A stretch of DNA of 64,000 nt, taken from positions 845-64,844 of the forward strand of contig JAZDOD010000010.1 of assembly GCA_043798995.1 (NCBI GenBank), read 5' to 3'. Below the pieces are notes generated by a model that did not search any database, was not told where the DNA came from, and was given only the letters and a program-made list of their open reading frames with translations. How positions within the stretch are numbered: position 1 is the first letter of the stretch; every line of letters starts with the position of its first letter. The position numbers and the translations under genes were made by a program. The DNA is from a bacterium (GTDB taxonomy: Bacteria; Patescibacteriota; Patescibacteriia; JAACEG01; JAGUWE01). Positions 60,964 through 64,000 of the stretch are shown piece by piece.

Positions 60964-62121
60964 ATGAAAATTTTAATGCTTTCAATTGACAAAGGATTAT
61001 TGGGCAAGGGACAATTAGGCGACGTGGTTGAGCGCCATGAGCGATATGGTAAATCGGCAGATCGTTTGGATATTATTGTTTTTTGTAAAAAGGGTTTTTC
61101 CGAGAATAGAATTTCTGACAATGTTAGTGCTTGGCCAACAAATTCAAAGAACAAGTGTTGGTATTTTTTTGATGGCTTTAAAGTAGGAAGAGCATTATTT
61201 TCTAAAAATAATTATGATTTAATAGTCACTCAAGAGCCGTTTGTTACGGGCTTAGTTGGTTATATGTTGAAGAGAAAATTTGGCGCCAAGTTACTCGTTC
61301 ACTTTCACGGAGATTTCTTCAGTCCTAAATGGTTGGCAGAAAGCCCCAGGAACAAGTTGTTTTTGATATTGGGGAAATTTTTGGCCCGTCGGGCTGATGC
61401 TATCCGTTCGGTTAGTTCTGGCATCAAAGAGAGTCTTGTCAAAAAAGTTGGAATCAAAGAAACTAAAATTCGCGTCATTTCTACGCCGGTTAGCTTAGAG
61501 CGTTTTGAAGAAGTAGATGAAAAGATAGTTTTAGATTTCAAAACCAACTTTCTCAAAGGCCATCCAACCATCTTGCACGTTGGCCGGGAAGACCCGGCTA
61601 AAGATTTTGAAACTTTGACTAAAACTTTTGCTTTGGTTTTAGAAAAAAAGCCCGAAGTTCGCCTTTTGCAATTGGGCCGGCTTAATCAAAATATAAAATT
61701 TTCCGAGATCAAAGAAAAACTTAAATTATTTGATTCAACCAAAGAGCCATTAGCTGGGCCAAAATTAGCTATAACTGATTTACCGATCATTTATAGCGCG
61801 GTTGATTTATTGGTATCAAGTTCAACTCATGAAAGTTTTGGTAAAGTTTTGGTTGAAGCTAACGCCGCCGGCAGGCCGGTGGTAGCCACGGCCACCACCG
61901 GTGCCAAAGATATTGTCAAAGATGGCTATAATGGTTTTTTAGTGCCGATTGGCGATGCGGAGGCGCTGGCTCAAAAAATTTTATATTTGCTGGATAATCC
62001 CGAGGAAGCTAAAAAAATAGGGGAGAACGGCAGAAAGTTAGTTTGGAAAAACTTTAGCGGTCAAGCTAATACGCAAAAAATCATCAATTTTTGGCAGGAT
62101 ATTTCGGCCGGTAAATTATGA
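60964..62121 (+). CDS. Glycosyltransferase family 4
   Basis: 'ESFGKVLVEANAAGRPVVATATTGAKDIVKDGYNGFLV' GT4 C-terminal motif. Confidence 0.8.
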   Translation: MKILMLSIDKGLLGKGQLGDVVERHERYGKSADRLDIIVFCKKGFSENRISDNVSAWPTNSKNKCWYFFDGFKVGRALFSKNNYDLIVTQEPFVTGLVGYMLKRKFGAKLLVHFHGDFFSPKWLAESPRNKLFLILGKFLARRADAIRSVSSGIKESLVKKVGIKETKIRVISTPVSLERFEEVDEKIVLDFKTNFLKGHPTILHVGREDPAKDFETLTKTFALVLEKKPEVRLLQLGRLNQNIKFSEIKEKLKLFDSTKEPLAGPKLAITDLPIIYSAVDLLVSSSTHESFGKVLVEANAAGRPVVATATTGAKDIVKDGYNGFLVPIGDAEALAQKILYLLDNPEEAKKIGENGRKLVWKNFSGQANTQKIINFWQDISAGKL

Positions 62122-62199
62122 TTGACAAATAAAATCTTTTATTATAAGCTATATAAAATTTTGTTCATTGAATTTTAGAAAATAAAAAAGGAGGGAAAA

Positions 62200-62415
62200 A
62201 TGGGAGAGAAGGGAAAACCCAAGCAAATTTTTGAAAGGTTCATTGGCAAACTGCATCCTTATTCATATTCTCGGATACGATTGATTACGCTCATAATATT
62301 ATCAACGCTCTTAGTTATAACTTTCATTGAAGGCCCTACACCATCACCTATTAGAATCATTGCCTTGTTTTTAGCACTTATTGTTTTATTTTTTATAGGA
62401 GCAGCTGTGCCTTAA
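62200..62415 (+). CDS. Small hypothetical membrane protein (71 aa, 2 TM)
   Basis: RBS 'aaaggaggg' 8 nt upstream. Hydrophobic segments. Confidence 0.45.
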   Translation: MGEKGKPKQIFERFIGKLHPYSYSRIRLITLIILSTLLVITFIEGPTPSPIRIIALFLALIVLFFIGAAVP

Positions 62416-62443
62416 AAATTTAAAAAGGAGGTCATAGGATGAT

Positions 62444-62764
62444 GTGTGGCAAGTTTTAAAGAAAAAAATTATTAAACGGAAGAGAAAACTATTAAAGTTT
62501 GTCAGGGAAACAAAATTACTTTGTCAGAGGGCAGAAAGGGGGGAGTTTGATAACGCAGAAGATTTATTAAGAGAATATTTTAAAATCTGGCCCTTACTTG
62601 GACATCATCTAAAAGAGAAAACAATTAAGAGAAAGATCAAACGCTTTATAATACCCTCTTATGATGACCTTAATTATACTATTAAGTTAATTGAAGACGC
62701 GGTTGTTTCAAACATAATACGCGGCCGCTTAAAAGAGATTAACTGGTTGCTAAAAAACCTTTAA
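62444..62764 (+). CDS. Hypothetical basic protein (106 aa)
   Basis: ORF with RBS 'aaaggagg' upstream. A terminator follows the gene. Confidence 0.4.
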   Translation: MWQVLKKKIIKRKRKLLKFVRETKLLCQRAERGEFDNAEDLLREYFKIWPLLGHHLKEKTIKRKIKRFIIPSYDDLNYTIKLIEDAVVSNIIRGRLKEINWLLKNL

Positions 62765-62780
62765 AAAATTCAAGACAAAG

Positions 62781-62810
62781 GGCTCAAAAACGAGCCCTTT
62801 TATTTTTAAT
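62781..62810 (+). terminator. Rho-independent terminator 'gggctcaaaaacgagccc' + T-run
   Basis: Read directly from the sequence. Confidence 0.65.
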
Positions 62811-62898
62811 CAGACCTTTACTTTTTAGCTCGTTTGGGTAAAATAAAGGTAGGAAAACTCTTTTTTTATTTATAGTGAAATTGACAAAAAGCTAATTT

Positions 62899-64000
62899 AT
62901 GCCTAAAATAAGAGAAGTTTTTAAATATTTCAAAAAACCAACTTTTCATCTGGGTTTTTTAATTATTTTACTTGGTTTTGTTTTTTTAAACACCAGAATT
63001 ACCCAAATGGATGACGGCTTTTTGTATCAAAAGTTTGCCGAAACTTTGGTTAAAGAGCATCGGCTGGATATGTCCATTCCGGGTTTTCATGGCCCCTCGC
63101 TTTTTGCCGCCTTAATTTATTGGCTGACCGGTTCAAGTTATTCAATCAATTATTTTGAAATTATTGCCGCTCTTTTGATAATCGTTTTTATTTATTTAGC
63201 CGTAAGGGAAATATTTCAATCGCAGTTGGCAGGCATTATGGCAAGTTATCTTTATGTACTAATGCCACTTCACTATTTTACGGCTTTCCGCGGTTTTATC
63301 TGGGCCAGTTTTCTTTTTTTTGTCGTTCTGACGCTTTATTTATTGTATAAAAAGCCGCAATTTTCTTTTTTGTCTCTGGGACTGGCCTTAATTACCAAAC
63401 CTTTTGCCATTTGTCTTTTGCCTTTTTTTATTTATAAAAGAAAAGTTAAGCAGTTTTTTCTGGCTTTAATTTTTCCTATTCTTTATTTGGCAATCCAGCT
63501 TAGCCAGATCCAGCGGGTTATTATCGGCGCTCATCAAGATTTGACTGCCGGCGGACTTTTTAATCCAAGCCGACTTATTCCTAATTTATTTTACGCTTTC
63601 CAGAATTATTTCAGCATTCATAATTATTCGCCGCTCCAGCCGCTTCACTTTATGGATATGATTCATCTTTCGCCCTTTATTTCCTTTCTGGCGCTTTTGG
63701 CTATTTTTTATCCTCGTAAATATTTTCACGATTTAAAATTATATTATACCTTAATAGCTTTTGCTTTTTTTTCTTTGATAATTCCGGCCAGTTTTCATCA
63801 TTTGGATATGTATTACCTGACTACTTTTAATCTGGCTTTGATTTTTTTAGCCCTTTTGCCTTTAGTTGAATATGAAAAATTGTGGCCGCTGATAGCGGTT
63901 AGTTTTGCCTTTCAGTTTTTTTACGCTTATCTAAGTTACAAAGAGGCCTTTTGGGACTCTTATATAATTTTTCTTATTCCTTTAGTAATATTTTTTATTA
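62899..64000 (+). CDS. Polytopic membrane protein, 3' end outside the window (not in the ORF track because no stop codon is reached); possibly another GT-C / O-antigen-type membrane enzyme
   Basis: The ATG at 62899 opens a frame (MPKIREVFKYFKKPTFHLGFLIILLGFVFL...) that runs without a stop to the window end and has many hydrophobic helices. Confidence 0.5.
   Translation, partial: MPKIREVFKYFKKPTFHLGFLIILLGFVFLNTRITQMDDGFLYQKFAETLVKEHRLDMSIPGFHGPSLFAALIYWLTGSSYSINYFEIIAALLIIVFIYLAVREIFQSQLAGIMASYLYVLMPLHYFTAFRGFIWASFLFFVVLTLYLLYKKPQFSFLSLGLALITKPFAICLLPFFIYKRKVKQFFLALIFPILYLAIQLSQIQRVIIGAHQDLTAGGLFNPSRLIPNLFYAFQNYFSIHNYSPLQPLHFMDMIHLSPFISFLALLAIFYPRKYFHDLKLYYTLIAFAFFSLIIPASFHHLDMYYLTTFNLALIFLALLPLVEYEKLWPLIAVSFAFQFFYAYLSYKEAFWDSYIIFLIPLVIFFI

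Overview
The window is low-GC bacterial chromosome, and its gene content and architecture suggest a Candidate Phyla Radiation / Patescibacteria-type organism; that placement is an inference. Almost every gene is on the + strand.

**Gene content, in order**
- A type IV pilus locus: pilM 3' end, then pilN-like, pilO-like, pilB, a CheY-like receiver, pilC, the pilA pilin, the pilD prepilin peptidase, and three minor pilins.
- That locus is interrupted by accessory cargo:
  - a 2,000-aa cysteine-rich surface protein;
  - a GIY-YIG nuclease gene;
  - a TSP3/MopE-repeat secreted protein;
  - a single-chain nucleotidyltransferase + HepT (DUF86) fusion;
  - a DUF559 nuclease gene;
  - several 'four-helix-bundle' (23S-rRNA-IVS-protein family) cassettes.
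- Downstream are a 3,046-aa surface protein (FN3-like / RCC1 / LamG), then core genes ligA, gatC, gatA and tsaD.
- An HTH regulator sits next to an ECF sigma factor, a DUF5667 anti-sigma-like protein and a 1,277-aa Thr/Ser-rich S-layer-like protein.
- The window ends with a surface-glycosylation island: four GT4 genes, one GT-GtrA fusion, one GT39-like gene, a UDP-sugar dehydrogenase, an epimerase and a UDP-xylose synthase.

**Non-coding content**
- A family of hairpin-rich MITE-like elements with GTCAT...ATGAC termini occurs in at least 9 copies. One copy is inserted in-frame into a glycosyltransferase gene, and two inverted copies bracket gatC.
- A second family of G/C hairpin clusters is bounded by AAATCCC...GGGATTT.
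- Each four-helix-bundle gene is bounded by its own low-complexity inverted repeats.

No rRNA, tRNA or CRISPR array is evident.

The most unusual candidates are the fused MntA–HepT protein, the IVS-like four-helix-bundle cassettes, the nuclease genes embedded in repeat-bounded cassettes within the pilus operon, and the MITE that is translated inside a GT4 gene.
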